From the NCBI GenBank assembly GCA_017473775.1, contig JAFUJH010000050.1, positions 3,455 through 67,454 of the forward strand: a DNA stretch of 64,000 bases, given 5' to 3'. This stretch comes from Ruminococcus sp. GTDB taxonomy: Bacteria; Bacillota; Clostridia; Oscillospirales; Acutalibacteraceae. This document shows, piece by piece, positions 1 to 9,167 of the stretch. Numbering within the stretch: the first letter of the stretch is position 1; each line of letters starts with the position of its first letter. The translations under genes were made by a program, and so were the position numbers. The notes beneath the pieces are model-generated. The model saw nothing but the letters and a program-made list of their open reading frames with translations, ran no database searches and was not told the origin of the DNA.

Positions 1-90
1 GCCAATTGCTCCTGCACTTGTAACAGGCAGTGCACAAATGAGCATTAATACTGCAATCAGCACAGACAAAAGCTTTCTGAATTTTTTCAT
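1..90 (-). CDS. 5' end of a secreted-protein gene that runs off the window edge; only the signal peptide is visible
   Basis: ATG at 88-90 (minus strand) is preceded by AAGGAGG. It translates to MKKFRKLLSVLIAVLMLICALPVTSAGAIG, a Sec-type signal peptide. There is no stop before position 1. Confidence 0.5.
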   Translation of the reverse strand, partial: MKKFRKLLSVLIAVLMLICALPVTSAGAIG

Positions 91-318
91 TGGATATACC
101 TCCTTTGTATTCTGAGAAGTCATTTAGACTTCCTACAATTGGATTATAACAAAAATATTCCATATATTCAAGAATTTTATTGTTTAATTCATTAAAAATA
201 TTGGGTATCAGGTGTAGTTAACATAACGATACAGTAATTGTGTAGGTTTGATGAAATAAAAACAGGGAGGATAACAAGTACCCTCCCTGCGGAAAATTCC
301 ATTATCGAATTATAAAAA

Positions 319-1716
319 TTATGCGAAGAATGCGGAGAATGCGCGGTATGCCATGTAGATGTCAACCTTGGAGATAAGCTCAAAGGGTGCGTGCATAGAG
401 AGCACGGGAACGCCCAGGTCAACTACATCCACATTCATATTTGCAATGTACTTTGCAATTGTACCGCCGCCGCCAAGGTCAACACGGCCAAGCTCGCCAA
501 CCTGCCAGAGAATGTTGTTGTTCTCAAGCATTGCTCGTACCTCGCCCATATACTCGGCTGAAGCGTCAGATGTGCCGCCCTTGCCGCCGTGACCTGTGTA
601 TTTGCTGATTACAACACCCTCGTTGATGTAGGAGCTGTTCTTAGCCTCGAAGCAGGATGCATAGGTGGGGTCGAAGGCTGCGTTAACATCTGCAGACAGG
701 CACTTTGACTTGGAGATTGCGTGGTGACCCTCAACGCCGTCCATCTTTGCAAGGTCGGTGATAAAGTAGCGGAGGAAGTCACTCTGCATACCTGTGTTGC
801 CGTCGGAGCCTGTTTCTTCCTTGTCACAGAGAACGGTGATTGCTGTTTTCTCAGGAGTTTTTGCATCAATTGCAGCCATGAGGGCCGGGTATGCACAGCA
901 GCGGTCATCGTGGCCGTAGCCGCCCATAAGTCCGCCGTCAAAGCCTACATCGCGGGTCTTGTAGGTGGGAACAAGGCACAGCTCTGCAGAGAGGAAGTCA
1001 TCCTCGGTAATGCCGTACTTCTTGTTGAGGATATACATAACATTAAGCTTGACAAGCTCTGACTCGTCGTCGTTTGAGTAGGGACGGGAGCCTACGATAA
1101 CATTCAGGTCCTCGCCTGAGAATGCCTTTCTCAGGGGCTTCTCAACCTGCTCGTAAGCAAGGTGGGGAAGCAGGTCGGTGATGCACAGACAGGGCTCTGA
1201 GTCATCGTCGCCGAAGCGTACCTCTACTGATGTGCCGTCCTTCTTGCATACAACGCCGTGAAGTGCCAGAGGCATTGCAAGCCACTGATACTTACGGATA
1301 CCGCCGTAGTAGTGAGTCTTGAAAAGTGCAAGGCCGTTTGCCTCGTAGAGGGGGTTGGGCTTTAAGTCGATTCTGGGTGAGTCGATGTGAGCAATTGCAA
1401 GCTGAGCACCCTCGCGGACACCCTTTGTACCGATAACTGCAAGCATAAGAGCCTTGTCGCGGTTGTTGACATATACTCTGTCGCCTGCTTTGTACTGCTT
1501 TGCAGGGTCAAACTCAACGAAACCTGCCTTCTGCGCAAGCTCGATAGAATACTTTACAGCGTCACGCTCTGTGCGTGAGTAGTCAAGGAAGGGCTTGTAG
1601 CCCTCGCAGAAAGCATCTGCGGACTTGATAACATCCTCAGAGAGCTTTGCGATACCGGGTTTGGGGTCCATTAATATCTGTTCTTTCAGTGCTTTTACAG
1701 CATTTGTTTCACTCAT
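319..1716 (-). CDS. M18-family aminopeptidase
   Basis: 465-aa ORF with the AHIDSPRIDLKP motif, HDDR and C-terminal LSMHAP motifs typical of M18 aminopeptidases. Confidence 0.8.
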   Translation of the reverse strand: MSETNAVKALKEQILMDPKPGIAKLSEDVIKSADAFCEGYKPFLDYSRTERDAVKYSIELAQKAGFVEFDPAKQYKAGDRVYVNNRDKALMLAVIGTKGVREGAQLAIAHIDSPRIDLKPNPLYEANGLALFKTHYYGGIRKYQWLAMPLALHGVVCKKDGTSVEVRFGDDDSEPCLCITDLLPHLAYEQVEKPLRKAFSGEDLNVIVGSRPYSNDDESELVKLNVMYILNKKYGITEDDFLSAELCLVPTYKTRDVGFDGGLMGGYGHDDRCCAYPALMAAIDAKTPEKTAITVLCDKEETGSDGNTGMQSDFLRYFITDLAKMDGVEGHHAISKSKCLSADVNAAFDPTYASCFEAKNSSYINEGVVISKYTGHGGKGGTSDASAEYMGEVRAMLENNNILWQVGELGRVDLGGGGTIAKYIANMNVDVVDLGVPVLSMHAPFELISKVDIYMAYRAFSAFFA

Positions 1717-1827
1717 GATTTATTCCTCCTGTTTATATATTGGACAGGTTGAGAGTATGTAAAAACCTCAGCCTATTAATTCCTATTATAATGATACCAC
1801 GGGTGGGTAAAGTTTTCAATGATTTTA

Positions 1828-2433
1828 TTATTCTTCAAAGTATAGTTTCTGATACATCTGCTCTGCATTGCGAATCTTCTCTACATACTCTGAAGTTTCG
1901 TTGTAGGGGATTGAGTAGAGGGTGATGCCGTCAACGCTGTACTGAGGGTTCGAGAGCCACTGGTCTACAATATTACCTGCGTTATATGCGGCACAGGCGG
2001 TGTAGCAATCGCCGTAATTATCGGTCAGGCGTCGCAGGTAATAACAGCCGTAGTCGATGCAGACCTCGGGGATAAACACAGCGTCAGGGGAGTAGTCCTC
2101 GTTTTTTAAGTCGCACAGCCAGCTGAATGTATCAGGCATAATCTGCATAAGTCCCTGAGCTCCCGCTGTGGACTGAGCGTCGGATTTGAAGCCGCTTTCT
2201 GTGTGGATGACTGCACAGATAAACTCAGGCTCTAAGTCATATTCTGCTGATGCTCGGAGGATTTCTTCTCTGTAATTAAGGGGATAGAGCTGCATTTCAA
2301 TTTTCTGTCTGAGTACTGTGAGCACATCGGTCAAAACCAGTATGCAGGCTATGAGTATAAGCGCAAGGGCTGTGACAAGAAAGCCTGAGCAGCCGCAGGA
2401 CTTTTTCTTTTTTCTTCCGGGATTTCGGCTCAT
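1828..2433 (-). CDS. Membrane-anchored lytic transglycosylase (SLT domain)
   Basis: N-terminal TM segment and the SLT motif HTESGF...GLMQIMPDTF. The start was chosen at the ATG that overlaps the upstream stop (ATGA coupling) rather than the ORF-track start at 2469. Confidence 0.8.
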   Translation of the reverse strand: MSRNPGRKKKKSCGCSGFLVTALALILIACILVLTDVLTVLRQKIEMQLYPLNYREEILRASAEYDLEPEFICAVIHTESGFKSDAQSTAGAQGLMQIMPDTFSWLCDLKNEDYSPDAVFIPEVCIDYGCYYLRRLTDNYGDCYTACAAYNAGNIVDQWLSNPQYSVDGITLYSIPYNETSEYVEKIRNAEQMYQKLYFEE

Positions 2434-4058
2434 AGGCAAAGCTCCCTGATTATCCGCTCTGTCTGACATTTTAAATGCTCAAGGTCACTGTCGTTTGATA
2501 TGACAAAGTCTGCCCTGCTTGTGTAGAAGTCTGAGTCCTTCTGAGCATTTATACGGGACAGAGCCTGTGCCTCGGTGATGCCGTCACGGATGAGGATTCG
2601 TGCAAGGCGAAGCTCCCTTGGAGCTGTGACAGCGATGATTTTCTGACAGAGAGTGTGACTGCCTGACTCAAAGAGAGTAGGAGCATCAAATACGATGTGC
2701 CTGTAGCCCTGAGCGAAGAGGTGCTCAAACTCCTCTTTTGCAAGGGTGAGTATCACAGGGTGGGTGATGGAGTTGAGAAGCTGTGTGCTTGCTTCATCCT
2801 TGAAGGCACAGCTTGCAAGAACTTTGCGGTTTACAGAGCCGTCGGGATTTATTATTTCTGCAGAAAAAGCATCTGTCAGCTTCACAATACATTCAGGTAC
2901 AGTGAGGGCTTTGTGAGCAATTTTGTCTGCATCTACTACAGCACAGCCTGCATCACTCAGAAGCATGCCTACTGCTCCTTTGCCTGCACCGGTGGGGCCT
3001 GTGAGTCCGATGAGGGTGTAGGAGGGTTTTTGCTCCAAGTCGATAATCTCGAAGCCTGCGGCACGGATAAGTCGGTTGAAAAGTGCCATACCTAAGCCCT
3101 TGGTATCGGGACAGCGGACGAATACAGTGGTGACACCTTCGATTTCGTCAGCTTGTCTGAGTGCCGAGAAAAGATTATGTGCCTGAGTGCCGTAGTCTGA
3201 CTTGTCTCCTAAAGAAATAGTGTGTGATGAAAGGTGAGGAATGTCCTCTGTGTAGCACAGAGCTACAGTTTCTGTGATGTTCTGTGAGTTTACATAACTG
3301 CAGAATTCATCGTCACCGCCGCGGACAAGGTAGACCTTTGCCTTGGGTGAGTAGTGCTTGTATTTCATACCCGGGGAGGCGGCTTCCTCGCCGTCTCTGA
3401 GCTTTTCAAGTACAGCGTCTGAAAGTGCAACCTCGCCTAAAACCTCACGCAAATCCTCAAGGGTGATGCCGCCGGGACGGAGTACCATTGGAGGATTTGT
3501 GCACACAGTGATAACTGTGCTCTCAAGTCCCACATCGCTTTCGCCTCCGTCAATTATGGCGTGAATTTTGCCGTCAAGGTCACTCAGTACATGCTGTGCC
3601 GTGGTGGGGCTGGGACTGCCTGACAGGTTAGCCGACGGGGCAGCAAGGGGAATGCCTGCCTCCCTTATAAGTGCACGGGCACCTGCGTGTGCAGGCAGAC
3701 GGATACCCACGGAGTTAAGTGTACCTGTGACCTCCTTGGGTATGGAATCGCCTTTGGGCATAATTATGGTGAGAGGACCCGGCCAGAAATTCTCTGCAAG
3801 GAGTTTTGCGTTCTCGGGGAATTGGCTGACAAGTCCGAATTTTTCTATGTCTTCAATTGCACTGATGTGCACAATCAGGGGGTTATCAGAGGGTCTGCCC
3901 TTGGCGGTAAAAATACCGCTGACTGCCTGACCATCCAATGCGTTGGCGGCAAGTCCGTAGACAGTCTCGGTAGGCATTCCTACAAGACCGCCGCGACGGA
4001 GTATCTGTGCGGCAGTTTTGATATCCTCCTGTTTTGTTGTGAGAAGTAGTGTTTTCAT
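2430..4058 (-). CDS. Fusion of L-threonylcarbamoyladenylate synthase (Sua5/YwlC type) with dephospho-CoA kinase (CoaE)
   Basis: The N-terminal ~346 aa carry the Sua5/YrdC motif (GGLVGMPTETVYGLAANA) plus the Sua5 C-domain. The C-terminal 196 aa begin IGLTGPTGAGKG (P-loop) and continue with VVDADKIAHK...ITHP...FDAPTLFE, a CoaE signature. It is one uninterrupted frame. Confidence 0.85.
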   Translation of the reverse strand: MKTLLLTTKQEDIKTAAQILRRGGLVGMPTETVYGLAANALDGQAVSGIFTAKGRPSDNPLIVHISAIEDIEKFGLVSQFPENAKLLAENFWPGPLTIIMPKGDSIPKEVTGTLNSVGIRLPAHAGARALIREAGIPLAAPSANLSGSPSPTTAQHVLSDLDGKIHAIIDGGESDVGLESTVITVCTNPPMVLRPGGITLEDLREVLGEVALSDAVLEKLRDGEEAASPGMKYKHYSPKAKVYLVRGGDDEFCSYVNSQNITETVALCYTEDIPHLSSHTISLGDKSDYGTQAHNLFSALRQADEIEGVTTVFVRCPDTKGLGMALFNRLIRAAGFEIIDLEQKPSYTLIGLTGPTGAGKGAVGMLLSDAGCAVVDADKIAHKALTVPECIVKLTDAFSAEIINPDGSVNRKVLASCAFKDEASTQLLNSITHPVILTLAKEEFEHLFAQGYRHIVFDAPTLFESGSHTLCQKIIAVTAPRELRLARILIRDGITEAQALSRINAQKDSDFYTSRADFVISNDSDLEHLKCQTERIIRELCL

Positions 4059-4069
4059 ATATCTGTTCC

Positions 4070-5143
4070 TTAGTTGCTTTGCTCTTTGAGCTGTTCTGCT
4101 CTGTAGGCAGTGATAAGAGGGTCAACCACCTCGTCCAGTGCACCCTCAAGGATTGTGTCCAGCTTGTAGAGGGTGAGTCCGATGCGGTGGTCGGTTACTC
4201 GGTTTTCACGATAATTATATGTTCGGATTCGCTCTGACCTGTCACCTGTGCCTACCTGAGATTTACGCTCGGCGGCAATGGCACCTGACTGCTCCTGCTG
4301 TTTTTCGCTGAGGAGTCGGGACTTGAGCACCTTCATTGCTTTGTCTTTGTTCTTGTACTGGCTTCGCTCATCCTGACACTCTACCACAGTGCCTGTGGGC
4401 AGGTGGGTGATACGGATTGCACTGGAGGTTTTGTTGATGTGCTGACCGCCTGCACCTGAGGCACGGAAGGTGTCAATCTTCAAATCGTTGGGGTTGATGT
4501 CGATTTCTACATCCTCGGCTTCGGGGAGAACTGCCACTGTGACGGTGGAGGTGTGAATCCTGCCGCCTGACTCGGTCTCGGGCACACGCTGAACGCGGTG
4601 GACTCCGCTTTCAAACTTGAGTCGGGAGTATGCACCTGTGCCCTCAATCAAAAAGGAAATTTCCTTGATACCGCCAAGTCCTGTTTCGGATATGTTGATT
4701 GTATCTGTGGTGTAGCCTCTGGAGTCGGCGTACATTGAGTACATACGGTACAGCACCGCACAGAACAGTGCCGCTTCCTCGCCGCCTGCACCTGCACGGA
4801 TTTCCACAATAACATTCTTGTCGTCGTTAGGGTCCTTGGGCAGAAGGAGAATCCTCAGCTCTCCCTCAAGGCGGATTATGTCCTCCTTGGCTTGGCTTAG
4901 CTCCTCTTGTGCTATGGCTCTCAGCTCCTCGTCTGAGTCTGCGTCGGAGAGTATGGACAGGGAATCCTCGACTCTGTCCTTTGCATCCTTGTATTCTTTA
5001 TATGTGAGCACGATGGGCTCGATAGAGTGGAGCTCCTTCATAATAGCGGTGTAGCGCTCGTTGTCACAGGCTACCGACGGGTCATAGAGCATCTTGCTGA
5101 GCTCGTCGTAACGCTTTACGAAAACCTCGATTTTATCAAACAA
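4070..5143 (-). CDS. prfA: Peptide chain release factor 1
   Basis: GGQ motif (SGAGGQHINKT) and RF1 PxT-region context. The likely start is the TTG at 5141-5143 (FDKIEVF...) behind AAAGGA. The longer ORF-track start at 5215 runs into an intergenic repeat. Confidence 0.9.
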   Translation of the reverse strand: MFDKIEVFVKRYDELSKMLYDPSVACDNERYTAIMKELHSIEPIVLTYKEYKDAKDRVEDSLSILSDADSDEELRAIAQEELSQAKEDIIRLEGELRILLLPKDPNDDKNVIVEIRAGAGGEEAALFCAVLYRMYSMYADSRGYTTDTINISETGLGGIKEISFLIEGTGAYSRLKFESGVHRVQRVPETESGGRIHTSTVTVAVLPEAEDVEIDINPNDLKIDTFRASGAGGQHINKTSSAIRITHLPTGTVVECQDERSQYKNKDKAMKVLKSRLLSEKQQEQSGAIAAERKSQVGTGDRSERIRTYNYRENRVTDHRIGLTLYKLDTILEGALDEVVDPLITAYRAEQLKEQSN

Positions 5144-5181
5144 AATATCAAATCCTTTATTGCATTTGCAGAAAAATTCTT

Positions 5182-5360
5182 GCCTCCCTCTGATGAGGGA
5201 GGTGGATTTCGGCACAGCCGAAAGACGGAAGGAGAGAAAAGTTATAGTTTACTACCCCTCAGTCGGCTTCGCCGCCAGCTTTCCTTGCAGGAACGGCAAT
5301 CCCTCTGGCACTTCGTGCCATCTCCCTTAACAAGGGAGTTTCCCGACAAGGGAAGCCATG
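5182..5360 (+). repeat. Type A modular hairpin repeat, full copy (module 1 + module 2)
   Basis: Sequence gcctccctctgatgagggaggtgg-[hairpin]-gacggaaggagag ... cccctcagtc-[hairpin]-...gggaagccatg. It has the same architecture as the copies at 28128 and 53204. Confidence 0.85.
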
Positions 5361-5399
5361 AGTTCTGATTTATCTGCGAACTAAAAACTAAATACGAAA

Positions 5400-5588
5400 T
5401 CAGGGGTTTTCTTCCCTGATGACTTTTCTGATGTTCTTTTCAACTTTTGTACGGGGGAGCATCACCTGATGGTCGCAACCCTGACAAATCATCTTGAAGT
5501 CCATGCCCACACGGGTTACAAGGAAATTTTTGCATCCGCAGGGATGGGGTTTCTTCATCTCTAATATATCTCCGACTTTAATGTTCAT
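5400..5588 (-). CDS. DUF951-family small protein
   Basis: 62 aa, MNIKVGDILEMKKPHPCGC...CQGCDH pattern. Confidence 0.65.
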   Translation of the reverse strand: MNIKVGDILEMKKPHPCGCKNFLVTRVGMDFKMICQGCDHQVMLPRTKVEKNIRKVIREENP

Positions 5589-5615
5589 AGTAAGTCCTCG
5601 TTGCTAATATGTTTT

Positions 5616-5644
5616 GCGGACGACTGATAGTCGTCCCTACGGGG
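5616..5644 (+). repeat. Type B REP-like hairpin (CTAC form)
   Basis: gcGGACGACtgatAGTCGTCCCTACgggg sits between the hflX stop and the DUF951 start. Confidence 0.8.
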
Positions 5645-6895
5645 TTAGTCCTGTGCGTAATCGCGGACGCGGTGCCAGAATTTCTCGTCAATAATCGCCT
5701 CGGCAAGTATGCCGTCAGCGGTGTATTCCTCGCTGATTAAGGTGGCACTCTTGCGGATTTCTGCAATGAGTCCTGCATCGGAGAAAGGTACGAGAATTTT
5801 TACCTTTTTGACTCTGACAGGCAGGTTATCCTCGATAGCTTTGAGGAGTTTATCTATGCCTTCGCCGCTTTTTGCACTGATTCGTACGCTGGTGCCAAGG
5901 TCGATTTCCTCTACTCTCTCTGTGAGCAGGTCGCATTTGTTGAGCACATTGATGATGGGAGTATCGCCACAGCCTAACTCCTTGAGCAAATCACGGGTGA
6001 CACTCAGGTGAAGCTGTGCTTCCTCTGAGCTTATATCGCAGACATTGAGGATGATATCAGCCTGTGCGGCCTCCTCCAGTGTGGACTTGAAAGCCTCTAC
6101 CAGATGGTGGGGCAGACGGCGTACAAAGCCTACTGTGTCAATAAGCATAACAGTGACGCCCTCGGGGAGCTTCAGTGAGCGTGAGGTAGGGTCAAGAGTA
6201 GCAAAGAGCTTATCCTCTGCAAGGACTCCTGCCTCGGTCAGGTAGTTCATCAGTGTGGACTTGCCTGCGTTGGTGTAGCCAACGATTGCAACAGTGATGA
6301 CGGAATTCTTCTCTCGTCTTCTTCTGAGCTCTGCTCTGTGGCTTTCTACATCTTTGAGCTGTGCTTTGACAGTTTCCATACGGCGTCGGATATGACGCTT
6401 GTCGGTCTCAAGCTTTGTCTCACCGGGGCCTCTGGTGCCGATACCGCCGCCAAGACGGGACAGGGCTATACCCTTACCTGTAAGTCGGGGGAGGGAGTAC
6501 TTGAGCTGTGCAAGCTCAACCTGAAGCTTGCCCTCCTTGGAGCGTGCACGCTGAGAGAAAATATCAAGGATAAGAGTTGTGCGGTCTACTACCCTCACAT
6601 CTGTCTCCTGCTCGATGTTGCGGATTTGTGTGGGAGTAAGCTCGCAGTCAAAGATGAGCAGGTCTATCTCCTCTGCCTCGCAGTATTCTTTTATTTCAAT
6701 GAGCTTGCCGCTTCCTACACAAGTGGCGGTGTCGGGTCGGTCAAGCTTCTGGCTGATAGATGCTACAGGCTCTGCACCTGCAGACTCTACAAGCTCAAAC
6801 AGCTCTGCAAGTGAGCTTTCTGCATCAAAATCTCCTGTGTCTACGGATACAAGGAGTGCTCTGTCTATTTTTTCAGTAGTTTCTATAAGTTCCAT
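5645..6895 (-). CDS. hflX: GTPase HflX
   Basis: HflX N-domain plus G1 GYTNAGKST and G3 DTVGF motifs. Confidence 0.9.
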   Translation of the reverse strand: MELIETTEKIDRALLVSVDTGDFDAESSLAELFELVESAGAEPVASISQKLDRPDTATCVGSGKLIEIKEYCEAEEIDLLIFDCELTPTQIRNIEQETDVRVVDRTTLILDIFSQRARSKEGKLQVELAQLKYSLPRLTGKGIALSRLGGGIGTRGPGETKLETDKRHIRRRMETVKAQLKDVESHRAELRRRREKNSVITVAIVGYTNAGKSTLMNYLTEAGVLAEDKLFATLDPTSRSLKLPEGVTVMLIDTVGFVRRLPHHLVEAFKSTLEEAAQADIILNVCDISSEEAQLHLSVTRDLLKELGCGDTPIINVLNKCDLLTERVEEIDLGTSVRISAKSGEGIDKLLKAIEDNLPVRVKKVKILVPFSDAGLIAEIRKSATLISEEYTADGILAEAIIDEKFWHRVRDYAQD

Positions 6896-6917
6896 AATTA
6901 CCTCATTTGGTTTTTAA

Positions 6918-7040
6918 GCCCTTCTCTTTGAGGAGGGTGGCATTTGCAAAGCAAATGACGGGAGGAGTAAATTTACAGTAAGTATTTACTCCCTCAGTCA
7001 GCCTTTGGCTGACAGCTCCCTCAAAGAGGGAGCCTACTCT
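6918..7040 (+). repeat. Type A modular hairpin repeat (variant copy)
   Basis: gaggagggtggCATTTGCaaaGCAAATGacgggaggag ... ctccctcaGTCAGCCtttgGCTGACagctccctcaaagagggagcc. Confidence 0.85.
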
Positions 7041-7147
7041 CTGTCGCTTCGTAACATCTTACTCAAAGGATGAGAATAGACATTAATATTAAAATAGATT
7101 AATATTAAAATTATAATATATCCTTGATTATTTGTAAACATTTAAGG

Positions 7148-7175
7148 TTGAAATTATCCGTCTGTGTGCTATAAT
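7148..7175 (+). promoter_or_regulatory. Sigma-A type promoter for the pyridoxal kinase gene
   Basis: TTGAAA (7148-7153), 16-nt spacer, TGcTATAAT extended -10 (7170-7175). Confidence 0.5.
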
Positions 7176-7210
7176 CTATATGGATTTTTTTAGATTATGG
7201 AGTAAAAGCT

Positions 7211-8050
7211 ATGAAACAAAAACGCGCGGTTGCTATAAACGATATATCCTGCATCGGCAAGTGCTCTCTCACTGTTGCATTGCCTATAATATCCTCTCTC
7301 GGCATTGAGTGTGCGGTATTGCCTACGGCACTGTTGTCTGCACATACTGCATTTGAGGGCTTTACCTTCTGCGACCTTACTCACCAGATACAGCCCATTG
7401 CTGACCACTGGAGTAAAAGAGGAGAGCGGTTTGATACCATCTACTCAGGGTACTTGGGCTCTATAGAGCAGATTGAGCTTGTAGAGGATTTTATTGACCG
7501 CTTCAAGGGTGACGATACTACTGTTGTAATTGACCCTGTACTGGGCGACCACGGCAGGCTGTATACAAACTTTAACGAGATATTTCCCAAGGAGATGAGA
7601 AAGCTCTGTGCAAGAGCGGATATCATCACACCCAATCTGACAGAGGCGGCGTTCCTGACAGGTAGGGAATATGTGGGTGAAGGCTACAGCGAGGAGTATA
7701 TAAAGGAGCTTCTGTGTGAGCTGTCAAAGCTTGGAGCAAAGAAGATTATACTCACAGGTGTTACCTTTGATGAGAAGCGACTGGGTGTTGCCTGCTATGA
7801 CTCATTGACAGGAGAATACACCTACTATCAGGGTGAGCGGATTGAGAGTATGTTCCACGGTACAGGTGATGTGTGGGCAAGCTCCTTTGCGGCGGCATAC
7901 ACAAAGGGCTATGAGTTTGCAAAGGCGGCTCAGATTGCAACTGACTTTACTGTTAAATGTATCAAGGCTACTGTGGACGATAAGGACGAGCACTGGTACG
8001 GAGTTAAGTTTGAATGTTGTCTGCCTGAATTTTGTAAAGAATACGCATAA
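7211..8050 (+). CDS. pdxK: Pyridoxal/pyridoxamine kinase
   Basis: 279 aa with a PfkB-like ribokinase fold signature. The N-terminus AINDISCIGKCSLTVALPI is typical of pyridoxamine kinases. Confidence 0.75.
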   Translation: MKQKRAVAINDISCIGKCSLTVALPIISSLGIECAVLPTALLSAHTAFEGFTFCDLTHQIQPIADHWSKRGERFDTIYSGYLGSIEQIELVEDFIDRFKGDDTTVVIDPVLGDHGRLYTNFNEIFPKEMRKLCARADIITPNLTEAAFLTGREYVGEGYSEEYIKELLCELSKLGAKKIILTGVTFDEKRLGVACYDSLTGEYTYYQGERIESMFHGTGDVWASSFAAAYTKGYEFAKAAQIATDFTVKCIKATVDDKDEHWYGVKFECCLPEFCKEYA

Positions 8051-8076
8051 GTGAATATCACTGTGGCAAAGCACTT

Positions 8077-8168
8077 GCGGACGAGCAATGCTTGTCCCTA
8101 TGGGAGAGAGATTTGTAAATTCTCCTCTCAGGGGGAGGTTTTCGGGCGATTCGTGAATCGCCCCTACG
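8077..8168 (+). repeat. Two type B REP-like hairpins (CTAC form) flanking a type A fragment
   Basis: gcGGACGAGCAatgCTTGTCCCTAtggg (8077-8104) and cGGGCGATTCgtgAATCGCCCCTACg (8143-8168). Confidence 0.75.
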
Positions 8169-8206
8169 ATCAGTAGAGCTTTTAAATATAACAATAATTG
8201 GATTTG

Positions 8207-8247
8207 AAGATGTGAAATATTTGGTTATTTCACATCTTTACTTTATT
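8207..8247 (+). terminator. Rho-independent terminator after pdxK
   Basis: 13-bp perfect stem AAGATGTGAAATA/TATTTCACATCTT, followed by a T-rich tail. Confidence 0.7.
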
Positions 8248-8321
8248 GCGATAAATTGGTAAAATGATAAAGTTATTTTTATGTCCGATTATGTCGGGCG
8301 AAATTCAGGAGGTTTTTTATT

Positions 8322-9158
8322 ATGAAAAAATTATTTGCTGGACTTACACTTGTTATGGTGGCAGTTATGATGTTCACAGGCTGTGCAGGCGGTGCAAATA
8401 CTGCTACAGGTGACGAGGCAGGCTCTGACCTTGCAACTATCAAGGCTGCAGGACAGATGGTTATCGGTATCACTGAGTACGACCCTATGAACTATTATGA
8501 TGAGGACGGCACACTCATCGGATTTGACACTGAGTATGCTCAGGCTGTATGCGAGAAGCTGGGCGTTGAGGCTAAGTTTCAGGTAATTAACTGGAAGACT
8601 AAAGAGGCTGAGCTTGCCGCAGGCAACATTGATGCTATCTGGAACGGTCTGACAGTTACAGAGGAAAGAAAGAATGATATGGACTTTACTGACCCTTATC
8701 TGACAAACAAGCAGTGCATTGTTATCAACAAGGATAATGCATCAGCTTACACATCTGCTGACAAGATGACTTCTGCTATTATCACTGCTGAGTCAGGCTC
8801 TGCAGGCGAGACAGCTATCCTTGCTGACGAGAGTCTTGCAAAGGCTACATTTACACCTGCTGATTCTCAGAAAAATGCACTGGTAGCACTTGCCGCAGGC
8901 AACGCTGACGCCGCTGTTATCGATATCACCCTTGCAACTGCAAGCGTAGGTCAGGGTACATACGAGAATCTGATGATTGTTGAGGGTATCGACCTTGCTG
9001 ATGAGCAGTATGCAATCGGCTTCAGAGTAGGCTCTGACCTGACTGCAGAGGTAAACAAGATTACCGACGAGCTCATCGAGTCCGGCACAATGGCAAAGCT
9101 TGCTGAGAAGTACGAGCTTACAGACCGCTTCAACGAAGCTCTGCAGATTGCCGAGTAA
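8322..9158 (+). CDS. Amino-acid ABC transporter substrate-binding lipoprotein
   Basis: Lipoprotein signal (MMFTGCAG) and a family-3 solute-binding protein pattern. It is the first gene of an SBP-permease-ATPase operon. Confidence 0.85.
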   Translation: MKKLFAGLTLVMVAVMMFTGCAGGANTATGDEAGSDLATIKAAGQMVIGITEYDPMNYYDEDGTLIGFDTEYAQAVCEKLGVEAKFQVINWKTKEAELAAGNIDAIWNGLTVTEERKNDMDFTDPYLTNKQCIVINKDNASAYTSADKMTSAIITAESGSAGETAILADESLAKATFTPADSQKNALVALAAGNADAAVIDITLATASVGQGTYENLMIVEGIDLADEQYAIGFRVGSDLTAEVNKITDELIESGTMAKLAEKYELTDRFNEALQIAE

Positions 9159-9167
9159 TTTTTGCAT

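Noticed and set aside
5144-5368. N-terminal extension of prfA to 5215 and the 113-aa plus-strand ORF at 5027-5368
   Set aside because: Both run through a type A repeat. A TTG start with an RBS at 5143 gives a canonical RF1 N-terminus. The repeat explains the open frames.
7082-7111. Direct repeat ATTAATATTAAAAT x2 upstream of the pdxK promoter
   Set aside because: It is a short, very AT-rich duplication in an AT-rich spacer, with no palindromic character and no partner regulator. This is insufficient to call it a binding site.
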